Part shown: in pieces, positions 54,101 to 64,000 of the stretch
Position numbering within the stretch: the stretch's first letter is position 1
Layout: the number at the start of each line of letters is the position of its first letter
Assembly (NCBI RefSeq): GCF_037042905.1
Contig: NC_087246.1
Span: 8,992,001 to 9,056,000 of the forward strand
Length of the DNA: 64,000 nt
Reading direction: 5' to 3'
Source: Lytechinus pictus
Taxonomy: Eukaryota
Position numbers and translations under genes: made by a program
Notes under the pieces: generated by a model
The model's input: only the letters and a program-made list of their open reading frames with translations
Database searches by the model: none
What the model was told of the DNA's origin: nothing

Positions 54101-55284
54101 TCATGCGTAAACGCCAACACGCACATATTTAATGCATGATTGGATTGATGAATACGCAGTCATGCTCATTTCATTTGCATTAGCTAACCATTGTGGTGAT
54201 GCATTATATTCCACACGCAACTGAAACTGAAGTGTGACTCTTACGTCTCACTTAAATCTTTGTGAAACGACCCCAAGGAATATATGCTGGAACTATGTTC
54301 CTTCATTGCAATATGATGATTATTATAAATATCAAACATAATTTGAAATAACACTGTAATGCATTTGTTTTTGGCAACTTAATTTTAGTATGAAGAGAAG
54401 CAGATAGAATATGTTATCATTGTAATGGGCAAATGTATGTGATTAAAATATGTTATATTCTGGAAAGAAATCTGAGACTATTTGAATATTATTAAAATAA
54501 AGCAGTTTTGCAAATGGTTTTCCTTGCAATTGATTGTCTTTCAGGTTTTGATGGTGGGACTGGGTCTAGAGAGGCAGGAGCAAAGGGACCTCCACCTGAT
54601 GTCATCCCAGCCTCAGAACATAGACCAAACAGAACTCAGCTAGGGTGAGGATTACTCGAAGGGAAATTATCTTTTTTAAGGGGGCTGATTTTCCTGTTAT
54701 TTATTCATTCAAAATTTCCTTTTGTATTAAACCCTATGGTAAATTACAGTTGTTATATTGCCCTCATTTCCCTTTGTATAAATGTGACTAATGATACTCT
54801 GACTTGTTCTAATTCTTCTTTGATTTGTGTTTGGTTCTATCCCAAATAGTCTACTACCAATTGTAATAGTTTTCATTTTGTCTACTTCTGTAATGAAATA
54901 GAGTATTAGGTGGTCAGGAGTAGTAATAAGACCATTTAAGTTTTAAGACTTAATGGCAGAGTTAAAATTAAAAAGAAAAGGAAAAATAGAGTAATAATTT
55001 CAGGAAGGTCTCGTATTTTTATGGCATTGCCCCACAGTAAACGACATTGTGATTGAAGTAGCTCACAATGTCATATAAAGGGTTTACTTTTTTCCATATG
55101 TATTCTTGTTTCATGACCTCCATTCTATTTCATTTATGGAAAATTATGGAATAGCTGAAAAAGAAACTGTTCAACTGTCATTGCATCTGATGTAAAGATT
55201 GAATTACCTTTTTTCATTTCCAGTGGATTCTTAGCTGCTCTACAGAGTGATGTCCTTGACTGTTCATATGGCAAACAGGATTAG
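27165..55284 (+). CDS. VPS9-domain Rab GEF, ANKRD27/VARP-like N-terminus, no ankyrin repeats (~530 aa, 16 coding exons)
   Basis: GT-AG exons in phase: 27165-27215, 37015-37120, 37521-37557, 38024-38153, 39767-39823, 41123-41184, 46947-47103, 47888-47967, 48150-48309, 48735-48806, 49622-49720, 50556-50653, 51471-51564, 53812-54040, 54545-54644, 55224-55284 (1593 nt). MADHEDLEFNPFYKSLQ resembles the ANKRD27 start. VPS9 motifs TPHEKLTCL, LTSDDLLPLLV and LGYALVTFTAAMEYI are present. Confidence 0.9.
27460..31171. mobile_element. PIF/Harbinger-like element expanded by nested insertions
   Basis: TIR GGGTGATATTCAGAAAACGTTCTTATCTT vs reverse complement of the right end GGGCAGTATTCTGAAAATGTTCTTATCTT; CAG on both sides. 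Confidence 0.7.
30341..30945 (+). repeat. Purine-rich (A/G) low-complexity tract
   Basis: About 600 bp of GAAA/AAAG-like sequence. Confidence 0.9.
31287..31689 (+). mobile_element. tRNA-derived SINE with Deu-like central domain
   Basis: A box TGGCTCAGTCGG, B box GGTTCGAGTCC; central GGATAGGACGTTAAATGGAGGTCCCGTG...GCACTATTCGAATAAGAGTAGGGG resembles the DeuSINE domain; (AAG)n tail. Confidence 0.75.
32256..32370 (+). mobile_element. 5' fragment of the HINE family
   Basis: TTTTTGTCTCACCTGCATAGCAGAG...TATAGGCGCCGCTTTTCCG is the reverse complement of the 53325 end. Confidence 0.7.
32738..34241. mobile_element. 1.5-kb non-autonomous TA-target DNA transposon
   Basis: TIR CACAACAAAAAAAGTAAGTCCCCC mirrored at the right end; TA on both sides; no transposase ORF. 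Confidence 0.85.
34692..35141. mobile_element. TGT...ACA MITE, copy 1
   Basis: TGTGACCAGCCACCC / GGGTGGCTGATCACA ends; diverged direct copy at 35929-36381. Confidence 0.7.
35929..36381. mobile_element. TGT...ACA MITE, copy 2
   Basis: Shares TGTGACCAGCCACCCC and TTAGTCACCAGGGAAGGTTCT with 34692-35141. Confidence 0.65.
38334..39037 (+). mobile_element. Degenerate DINE-1/HINE-like element (second family)
   Basis: Starts TTATACCC, ends GGGGGTATT...CTAGTT; internal diverged ~170-bp tandem units (GATGTGCAAGACA, TGTCAGAAATTGTGTTGCCATGGTAAC). Confidence 0.55.
39953..40621 (+). mobile_element. Helentron-associated element (HINE, Tsp/pearl-like), older copy lacking the extreme 5' end
   Basis: GACTATAGGCGCCGC, (GGC)n, ~150-bp tandem units, ends ATGCAGGTGAGACAGCCAGAGACACTCCACTTGTT. 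Confidence 0.8.
41607..41878. mobile_element. hAT-like MITE with ~6-bp target duplication
   Basis: CAGAGCTGCCAAC ... GTTGGGAGCTCTG; flanks TGTTTA / GGTTTA. Confidence 0.6.
42066..42217 (-). repeat. Split direct repeat B2
   Basis: Matches 42956-43107. Confidence 0.95.
42389..42442 (-). ncRNA. Putative double ENE (two U-rich internal loops), downstream copy
   Basis: Minus strand CAGUUUUUCCAGAGUUUUUUGCUCAUUGAGUUUUACCUCUGGUUUUUUCAACUG folds as CAG/CUG, U-loop, CCAGAG/CUCUGG, U-loop, GCUC-AUU-GAGU. Confidence 0.6.
42637..42698 (-). ncRNA. Putative double ENE, upstream copy
   Basis: Minus strand GCCUGGGGUUUUUCAGAGUUUUUUAGCUCAUUGAGUUUUAUCUAUGUUUUUUCAUCCUGGGC; same core, different outer stem. Confidence 0.6.
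42745..43107 (-). repeat. Internal B1-A2 junction of the split direct repeats
   Basis: A2 (42745-42955) abuts B1 (42956-43107) exactly. Confidence 0.95.
43763..44779 (-). pseudogene. Tyrosine recombinase of the retrotransposon (one frameshift)
   Basis: N-terminal STTKRYCSGFDRWKTF; catalytic R (GF-LRSDE), RKSKTDQY, HSLRAGGAT, RHGRW, DGY. The frameshift is in a T7 run near 44274-44280. Confidence 0.92.
44806..45315 (-). pseudogene. End of RNase H plus DNA N6-adenine methyltransferase-like domain of DIRS/PAT pol
   Basis: WADHLSR, then DDW...WGPHVVDRFA...FNS...W...NWWVPTPRLI...LILPLWRSAPYW, the typical DIRS MT domain. Confidence 0.85.
45312..46416 (-). pseudogene. Zinc knuckle, reverse transcriptase (internally deleted) and RNase H
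   Basis: CFACGKAGHWRAEC, KLRLVLDCRHIN, FDLKSAYHHV, LPFGISTAGYVFTK; the sequence then jumps at ~45596 to TGFGYGGY...SSTWRELEAV...YTDN. The YxDD region is missing. Confidence 0.9.
46417..46715 (-). pseudogene. gag-like ORF1 N-terminal part
   Basis: ATG immediately after A1; helical ORF with YKFRKHDNEEQYKVN; frameshifted relative to the CCHC knuckle. Confidence 0.7.
46717..46927 (-). repeat. Split direct repeat A1
   Basis: Matches 42745-42955. Confidence 0.95.
47579..47743. mobile_element. Small Harbinger-like MITE
   Basis: CTG|GGGTCCAATGCATAATAG ... CTTATTATGCAACTGAGCC|CTG. Confidence 0.5.
50699..51298. mobile_element. Kolobok-like MITE with long inverted arms
   Basis: TTAA|AGGACAAGTCCACCCCA ... 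TGGGGTGGACTTGACCT|GTAA; arms complementary for about 200 bp. Confidence 0.85.
51678..51959 (+). mobile_element. tRNA-derived SINE (same family as 13937)
   Basis: A and B boxes, shared body, (ATT)n tail. Confidence 0.85.
52235..53734. mobile_element. CCCGGG-ended DNA transposon with 8-bp TSD, hosting a nested HINE
   Basis: CTATGTTA flanks both ends (52227-52234, 53735-53742); TIR CCCGGGG...CATTGACG..TGGATACCATGC; related fragment at ~22380-22550. Confidence 0.85.
52368..53325 (-). mobile_element. Full-length HINE (Helentron-associated, Tsp/pearl-like) with ~150-bp internal tandem array
   Basis: Subterminal inverted repeats GTCTCACCTGCAT / ATGCAGGTGAGAC, (GGC)n microsatellite, about five tandem units containing CATGTGACCTGAAACT..CAGGATGTTCAGT, 3' end CCACTTGTT. 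Confidence 0.85.
54060..54274. mobile_element. Small Harbinger-like MITE
   Basis: GGGGCTGTTTCACAAAGAGTTAAGTG / CACTTAAATCTTTGTGAAACGACCCC. Confidence 0.6.
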
Positions 55285-55290
55285 ACTTAA

Positions 55291-56238
55291 GGACGTTCCA
55301 CAGTTAAAGTGAAATCCATGTCATTTTCACCAAACTTTGCACATAGATACTTTAGAACCTTAATATTCGAAATATGCAAAAATTAACATAGGTCCATGTG
55401 CTTGATTTTTTGTTATAGAGCTTCAAAGTTCACCCAAATTGATGTTCTTAAGAATTGCGCATTCAAAAGAATTTGGCATTTTTAGACCGCCCAAGATTAC
55501 TACAATGAGTTTTAACCTCTATTACTCAGTCAAAATACATGAAAAAGTCATCAAATTTCGCAAGAGAGTTAATAATTGTATCGTTAGAATGGAGAATCTA
55601 TTTATATTGCTATTTGTTTGCAATTTTAAGTTTAACAGCACTGTCAGTTCTTACAAATGGCGTAAAAGATAACAAAATCCCAATCTAAAAAATGTAAAAA
55701 TCTCAGTAACAAACTACAAACGTACAATAAATGCTGCACTTTATTCAAAATCCATGTCATTTTCACCAAAAGTTGCAGAGTTGTAGAGGAAGGTATACCT
55801 AAGAGGTACAAACATTAAAAAATAGGGGTTCATGTGCTTGTTTTTAAACTATTAGCATTTTTATTAGAGCAAATGTGCTTTTTAAAACACCAAAAATGCG
55901 CCGAATGCTTAGTATCTATGTGAAGAAAAAATCAAAACCACTCTACCATTTATTCAAACTCGGGGTAATATTCGTGATTCTTGGCAGCACTGCAAAGTAA
56001 AGTATTTTGAAATTGTAGACAATTTTTTTTTTAATGGTCCATGGAATAATTCAATTTTTTAGCTTCATGAAATAACGCATCGGTTCTGCAGTTAAAGTGT
56101 AGAAGATGAGAAAAATCAGCTCATACCCCCCTCATACCCGCAGCTAATCAATCACCTGTTCATCCATTGTGACGTCAGCGCGCAGAGTGTAAACTATGCG
56201 CAGACCATAATGCGCACAAACATAACTGTGGAACGTCC
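55291..56238. mobile_element. Kolobok-like MITE, copy 2, in the 3' UTR of the VPS9 gene
   Basis: Same 16-bp TIR and TTAA TSD as 20219-21154. Confidence 0.9.
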
Positions 56239-59200
56239 TTAAGAAGCAGGTTCTAGGGAAAGCTCAACTCCATGTTATAGTCTACTTGAAATAGTATGCA
56301 ATACAAGATGGACATTATTCAGAGGTTTAAGTCTGGTCATAGCAAGTATTTGACTTGAATTCCAGAGAAGAAGAATTGTGTAAAGGAAACTTGACCTTTC
56401 TTTTATATGGACCTGCTTCATCGGATTGACACGAAGCTATTACTGAAGACTATAGACTAGACTAAAAAGAAAAGGAGTTTCCAATGAATGGCAGAACCAG
56501 TTTAATAGAGGAATCTCTTACTAAGACTGGATGTTTCAAGGGTCTTGAGTTATTTGAGATATTTCAAAGGCTTTGTCATGTACTGTATAGCTCAAGGAGT
56601 AAAAGTAATGTTACAAACTAGGTGAATTTTGCATTTAATACCTACTTGTATGCCTCCACCATTGTCAGATATATATTACAAAACTAACTTTACTGATCCT
56701 AACTTCTAAATTTTTCAAAAGTGACCTCTGTGACCTTGAAACCCATGACATTCAACTGTGGCAGAGTGTAGCATGATACAAACTGTTGACAAATAGAATG
56801 TATACATTCATATTTATACATAACAAAGAAGGAACATTGATTTCCCTCTGGGCATTTGTTGGTATGTAAAAATAATGGTTTGTGAAATATAATTTGTGTG
56901 GCCTATGTATATCCAGGGAAAAGTAATATTTTCTGAATTGGGGCTGTTGATCCTGCTTCTGTACATTACAAAGTACAATTTGTATGAGAGTCATTGTAAT
57001 TCATGAGGGCTATTTTGCAACTAATGAGCCTATTTTGGACACTGGAGGGATTCAGCACCCTTTTTATTTTTGCCGGATTCAACGCTTTCATAGCAAAGTT
57101 AGGCTATGAGTTTTGCAAGCAATCACAATGACCCTTTATCATGAATATGTCTCAATAAAAAAGAGGAAACCTATGAGGATGAAAAAATATTTCATGTTGT
57201 ATAGGAATGAGAGTTTATTCAAGCAACTGAGGGTCTGTTTCATAAGCTGATCATAAAGCTATGCATGATTATATAACTGAATATAAATTCCCAGAATCTT
57301 ACCAAAGTTTTCCCAACATATATCAACAAAATTGTGTAAACATGCATATTTAACATATTTTTGTTATATATTTGCTTAAATGATGGGAACTGTCTTATTT
57401 CTTAATCATGTCATCTTCTGCAAATAAGGCTCAGATTACACAAGAAACTTCCAGAAGAACCCTATGGCGGACTGTGGACCCTTGGGGCAAGGGTCCAATT
57501 GAAAAAATGTTGGCACCTCTTTTTCAACAAAGAAGCCAAGAATGTCCATTTTTGCTGTTCAGACATGTTGATCAGCATGTGCATGTGTCAGCTTTAGATT
57601 GATAACTACATGTATGTATTTTGTTTGTCATTCCAGTTGTTATTATATTATCAGGTATGTGTAACATTGTTACAAACATCTTTATGAAATACCTCCCTTG
57701 TTGGTAATAATAATAATAATAATGGTGGCTACTTATATAGCGCACAGGTCCACCTTTCGGTGCTCATGGCGCTTCAAGGAAAATAAACACAAAACACAAC
57801 AATAGAAAACAAAAAAGAATAGAATTTGAATTCTCCTGAATAAACACATGGTGTATGTCCATGCTTGCTTCTTTCAGAACAGATGAAATAGCATTTGATT
57901 AAAGAAAACTTGACATAAATGCACATCGATTGGATTATCAGTAGATGGTACATATTGCAGGGGTGTAAGTGTTAAGATTTTTAGCTAATTTCAACTTTTA
58001 GGGGTATGGATTTTCAGCTTAATTTCAACTTATTTTAGCTTTCCCCTGTACAAAAATATTTGAGCTCTTTGAATTTGAGGGGGGGGGTTCAATACTTCTC
58101 AGCTTTTTTTTCTGTTTATTTTAGTTGTGATCACTCGCACCCCTATTTATGTTAACCTTCTGGTGAATACCATTGATTCATGTAATGTTTTAGCACCACT
58201 GGACTTTAATCAGTAAGGTGATTTTCAATTTGGTCTGAAATCATGGTTAATGCAGATTTCATGATGCACTCATTACGCTTAAATTAGCCTGTATAGTAAG
58301 AGTCCATAGTGACTGCATGCTTTTCTCACAGCTGCACTAAAGTCGTCCCTTTTGATATGATTGAGCATTGACAAAAAGCACACATTGTATTTTATCTGTC
58401 TATGCCCCAAATCAGCATAAGTGGAGGATAAAATTTGCATAAACCATCATGGATTCAGACAACATTCAAAACCAGCTTTGTGAATTTGGAACCATTTAGT
58501 TTGGTTTATTTGAAGACTGAAATTGATTTATGAAGCAAAGTGCATGATTATGTGCTAACAATATAAATTATCAGTATTTTCTTTGGCATACATGTATTTT
58601 TGAAAACCAACTGTGCAAAAAGCAATGCTACTCTTTTAATGTGCTTTTATTGATGTGAACCGAAATGGTTGCAAAAACAAAGCTTGCATGAAATGACTAT
58701 ATTCATTGTGATAGAAAAGTATTATGAATGGATAGATAGAAATCTAATTTATTGGAAAGTTGCAATAGCTGAATATTTGTGTGATCAAATGTATTTTCTG
58801 TTGTCTTGTTTTGTAAAGGAAATGTAATTTCATGACTATTACTTGTTAATTGCATTGTGTATGTTTAAATTCCATGCCCAGAACCACACATTGATTTGAT
58901 CTTTAATACCTTCACCAAAAGATAGTGTAAGTGGTAATATTAGTATTCATTTTGATTGAATGATGCATGTTACGGAAAAGCAAAAATAAACTCAACTGCT
59001 GGCCTTTGTAATTTTGATGGATGACTGGTGATCCCTGAATGATATTGCTGTAAAGCAGCGTTGAGTAATTTTGCATTTAAAATTGACTTCACGCAATGGA
59101 ACCATGCAACATAAAGAGATTTACAACTGATTGTAACTTTTTGTACATAATTAACAAACTTATTTATATTTTATTTTAGAGGGCCCAAGTCTCTCATCAC

Positions 59201-60663
59201 ATAATACTAGGTTTATACCCATCTAATATAAGTGTTCTCTTAACTAAACTAACAGCATTTTTTAAAGAAAGGTTTTATATTTCAATATAGTTGATACGTG
59301 TTCATTGAGTTATAACAGTATAAAATCGATGAAGGACACTCTTTCCTCATTTCATTTCATCAATTCTCATCTTATTTAATTACATGTGTACAATTATTCA
59401 ATAACATAATTATGAACATTTCTGTTGTGAGCTATGTAGTTTATTTAACATTAAAGATATGCTTGATATGAAACCATGTGTATTTTGTGTGTACTCATTA
59501 TTTGCATTCCACTACTGTAGTCTTTGGTTGCTAAATGAGATTTTCTCAGGTACCCAAACATTTTGCACTAATATCTTAATAGAGTAAAATTCTCCAAGCA
59601 TAATGAAAATTTCATCAAAATCTGATAACAATAATTTGGGAAAAAATATGCATGAATATGCTTTGGGTGGGCTGATCATGTCATGTCCCCATTTTCCCTT
59701 TTCTTAGGATATTACATCAAAACAATTATTTCCTATTTTTATAAGTATGTGTATGGTATGTCTCCCTTGTAATAAAGTAAAAAATGTTTGTTTATACCCA
59801 ATCTTTTTCTGTTCAACATTTATTTCTCTTGTCCTCATACATACAAAATGTGTAAAATTTTATATAAGACAAAGCTGACTGTCCATTTTAGGAAAACAGA
59901 TTGTAGTTCAATTTAGTGCCATTTTAATTAGAAAAAAAAAAACTAACATATTATGTTGTACCTGATATCACAAACCTGTTTCGGCTTTGATGCCCATGGT
60001 ATCACTGAATGTGATCTTTGCTGTAGTGAATGCATGTTCATCGTCTAATAAATTCAAATACCGAGCTCAATATGATACTTTCCAGTGGTAGTGCTTCCGA
60101 TCACACGGCATGGATTTTTGGTCAACAGAAAAGTTCTCAACTAAGTTCTGTACGGTCCTATTCAAAATTCTGCTTACAAATTACTTTTTGTGTAGCAGTC
60201 TTTAAAAATTTTGAGCAGATTGCAATGCGATACAAGGAAAATTATTCCCTGCACAACTGAAAAAAATTATCATTTTTGGCTGCCAACAGTTTACATTGGA
60301 AAGCAAAAATTTTACTTAGTAAAGACATCAACAATGCAAAAGAGGCCTTCCAATGTTCAATAGGAATAAAATGGTGATGCCTGATTTATCATTTTTTTAA
60401 ATCAAAAAATGACAATCAGGCTTGATACGTAGTGCCATTACATGACCATTTCTGTGACTTCCAAGCATTATTGCCCTTATGTACACAATTTTTTTTTTAT
60501 TCCAAATTACACAACTGGAAACTAACTGCTCAGGCACAATCCTAGATTTAAATTAATTATGTTACTTAATACTTCCTCCATATTAAATCAACATGTTGAA
60601 TTATTAATTTTATGATTCCTATAAAGGGGTCACACATGGTTTTAGGACTATGAAGGCAATAGG

Positions 60664-62843
60664 TTAATTGTCCTCACGACTAACGTGAGTTTTACTTGAA
60701 TCTCTAGCCGCTTTTCGAGCCAGGTAACGATCTCTAGCTGACATCACTGTCTCACTTCCAGTTCTCTTTACAAATTTAGATTTGGCTTCCTCAATATCTT
60801 CCCTCTCCTTGAAGTCTCGTGTGGAATTGGAAGATGCTCCCAATTTATCCAGAGCTGGTTTAGCTTTTTCAACATCACTATCTTCAGAGTCTATCTCAAA
60901 ATCACTATCAGCATCTGGATTGGCAACAGGGGTCTCAATTCTTTTACTTGTGTTTTCTCTTTCCTTCTTCCTATCATCACTCCCATCTTGCTGATTAACG
61001 TGGGTTTTATCAACATCCCTTGCTGCTTTTCTAGCAAGATATCTATCTCTAGCTGATATCACAGTCTCATTTCCAGTCCTCTTAACAAACTTACACTTTG
61101 CCTCCTCCTCTTCATTGGCTTCCTTCTTTCCGGAGTTCACTTTAGAAGTTACTTCTGCTTTATCCAGAGCTGGTTTAGCTTTCTCAACATCACTCTCCTC
61201 AGAGTCAATCTCAAAATCACTATCAGCATCTGGATTGGCAACAGGAGTCAGCTTCTCTGCCATTTTACTACCTTCTTTAGGGGATTCTTGTTTCTCCCTG
61301 ATCTCAGTTCTTTCACTTTTAACTTCTCTCTCCTTTCTTGCATTATCCCTTCCCTCTTGTCTATCATTACAAGAATCTCTCCCATCATGCCAATGCCTAT
61401 CTCTTTCATTGTCCCCTCTTCTGTGGCTTTTGTCATGTCTTTTGCCATCATCATGGTGCCCTCTGCTATCATCTCGACTACAACTGCTACTATGTCGATG
61501 GGGCTCATCCCTTCTCTCCTTATATTTCCCAGTCCTGTCATCATGTCTCTCATTCCTGTTGTGCCTATTCGCCGAGTCCCTGACATCTCTTCGTTGACGG
61601 TCTTTGATATGTTTGTAATCGTCATCATCATCGCTGCTTGATGCACCCCTTCTGTGTCTGTCTATGTTACCTTGGTGTCTTGATGAGTCAGATTTATCTC
61701 TGGAATTATACAAGTTATGAGAAATTATAAAATCAACAGATGAACATGAGAAAGCAAAGCAACATTTGAAATAGTACATTCTAATTAACAAGCTACATAT
61801 ATACAATGCTTATTCATTTTTAAGACAAAGAGGAAAATGCTTAATGGAATACCAATCGATAATTGTCTAGAACAAATATATATTGTGTTAAACAGAAATT
61901 GTAAAACCCAGCATAAAAGCTACAATGATGGGTGATGATTTTGTAATAATTTTGATAATAGTTATGAGAATTTAGAGGTGCTAAAAGCAAGTGCCACAGT
62001 ATGTACAAAATATTTAAAAAAACAATCACATTTTACAAAAACACAATCAGTCATTCAAGATAACTATAGAAGAAAATTATTGAGGAAAATGTATGTTTTA
62101 TTAAAGGGAAGATTTGAAGCCAAGAATACTGGACACATTTCTTATTGGAAGAGAGTTGGCATTTCAAGTCTTGGCAGCTGCTAATGCAAAACATTTTTCA
62201 GCAAATTTTGACAAGGGAATGCAAAGTCTACATGTGTTAGTAATTGAACAAAGATTTTAAAAAAGGTGTGTATAGTTTGGTGGTAATATTAATATATTCA
62301 GGTGTCAAATTACTTAAGAATTTTGTAGACATAGAAACAGACTAAGGGCCACTTCTCTCTGACTTTACAGGAAGTGTTACTTTTGTTACTTGCTTCAAAA
62401 TTTGTCCTTGGCCTTGTTATAAAGAGAAAAAAAAATCAAGTGAAAACTCAAGTCATTTATTTAGGTTTTTTCCTGCATATGCCAACCCAAGTTTTCAATT
62501 ATCATTAAGTTTTTTTTTCTTTCTTTTTATGGTAAAAAGTTTTAAGCAACATTCTTCTGGAGAAAAATGCTTAAAGCATTAGAGTTCAAAGACAAATCAG
62601 ATGGGCATTGATGTCAGGCAAACTTCAACCAAAGACAGGTCACTACTAACCTGGCTTTAAGATTGAGACCAGAATGTCTCTCTGTTTTGAATGGCTTCTT
62701 TTCTACTTCTGCCATGACTTTTCTCTTAATCCCTTCATCGTCTGATGATTTCTCTTTCTTGACCTGTACATCTCCCGTAGTTTGAGACAGAATGTGGCGA
62801 TAGAAACCTGACAGATCACTCTGCTTCATCACATCATTTGCAG
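60664..62843 (-). CDS. NSRP1: Nuclear speckle splicing regulatory protein 1 (CCDC55), last two coding exons; gene continues beyond the window end
   Basis: Exons 62843-62651 and 61699-60664 are in phase. DVMKQSDLSGFYRHIL, an R/D/H-rich region and KFVKRTGSETVMSARDRYLAR match NSRP1. Confidence 0.9.
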
Positions 62844-63566
62844 CTACATGTAACAGAAAAATATGGGAATAAACATAATTGGTAAATTAACAGCTGATGG
62901 TATGTTTTGCCCTTGCAGGGGTAATGTATCAAACTCTTGGGCAAGTATTAAAGTCTATTGTACTCCAGGCAAATCCAGCATAATGAAAATGAAAATTGTA
63001 TATCATATCTATTAACTATTTTCTTGATACTGTCAACCACCGTCACTAGCACTGCCTGCGCCGGCTCGCTTCTGTTGGCTCTAGTCAACATTCAGCATGA
63101 ATAGAAAAAGTGCCTATTCAGTTATATAGAGCACTCAAACTCTCTAATCTCATACATGTACTGTGATTTCTTGATACATACAGTATTAATAGCTTTTTAG
63201 TTATTGCTAATAACATAGGATTCTTGTAGAAATTCATCAGTGCTTATGGTTTGCCACAGAAACTCATCCACCAGCCGAAAGTTTCATAATACACAGATCA
63301 AAGGGTTAAATTCACATTAAGAGCATCTTCTTGTTATATAATTTCTAATTCACTTTTGTTTGTATATTTCATATGTTCTAAATTGTAAAGCGCTTTAATA
63401 TGGATCTCATGGAAAGCGCTTTATAAGACTAAATTATTATTCTTATTATCATGGAATTTAATGTGTATAAAGATGTTAAATGTGTACGACGGTATACTAA
63501 AAATTATTTGAAGACAACAAATTCTAATGTGGCACTTTTAGTTTAATTGCAACACAGAGAAAAATT

Positions 63567-64000
63567 AACAAGTGGAATGCCTCTGGCCGTCTCACCTGCA
63601 TCACGCGATTCAATATAGCAGCAGTGCTGATTTTGAAAACTACTATAACTCGCACAAGATGTTCAGTGATACTTGGTTACTTTTATTTCCACGTTTTATG
63701 AACTAGACCAATACACTTATAGAGATATGATGGCAATTCAACAAATACCCCCAACGTGGCCAAAGTTCTTTGACCTTACATGACCTTTGACCTTGATCAT
63801 GTGACCTGAAACTCGCACAGGATGTTCAGTGATACTTGATTACTATTATGTCCAAGTTTTATGTACTAGACCAACACACTTTCATATTTATGGCTGTAAT
63901 TCAACAAATACCCCAATTTGGCCAAAGTTCATTGACCCTAAATGACCTTTGACCTTGATCATGTGACCTGAAACTTGCACAGGATGTTCAGTAATACTTG
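63567..64000 (-). mobile_element. HINE copy (runs off the window), nearly identical to 52368-53325
   Basis: AACAAGTGGAATGCCTCTGGCCGTCTCACCTGCATC... with only a few mismatches over 434 bp. Confidence 0.88.

Noticed and set aside
60782..61646. Several overlapping alternative-frame and antisense ORFs
   Set aside because: Shadows of the low-complexity NSRP1 last exon.

Overview
AT-rich, intron-rich animal genomic DNA. The repeat families (Deu-domain SINE, Tsp/HINE-like elements, PAT-like retrotransposon) suggest an echinoderm, probably a sea urchin; this is inference. Three spliced genes can be read by hand. (1) BRE1/RNF20-40 E3 ligase on the minus strand, 18 coding exons, 21585 to beyond position 1. 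(2) Divergent from it, a 16-exon, ~530-aa VPS9-domain gene on the plus strand (27165-55284) that resembles the N-terminal half of ANKRD27/VARP but stops before any ankyrin repeats. (3) The last two exons of NSRP1/CCDC55 on the minus strand, with a duplicated C-terminal module. The introns are full of MITEs (Tc1/mariner, Kolobok, hAT, Harbinger, piggyBac-like), SINEs, an L2 LINE fragment and Helentron-type HINEs. Intron 6 of the VPS9 gene holds a 4.86-kb antisense tyrosine-recombinase retrotransposon with PAT-type split direct repeats (A1-gag-RT/RH-MT-YR-B1-A2-spacer-B2). The most striking observation is in its 3' spacer: two tandem RNA modules, each with a hairpin carrying two stacked U-rich internal loops (double-ENE-like, predicted poly(A) triple-helix former), followed by an A-rich tract and a conserved small hairpin. 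All calls are by eye; no searches or folding programs were run.
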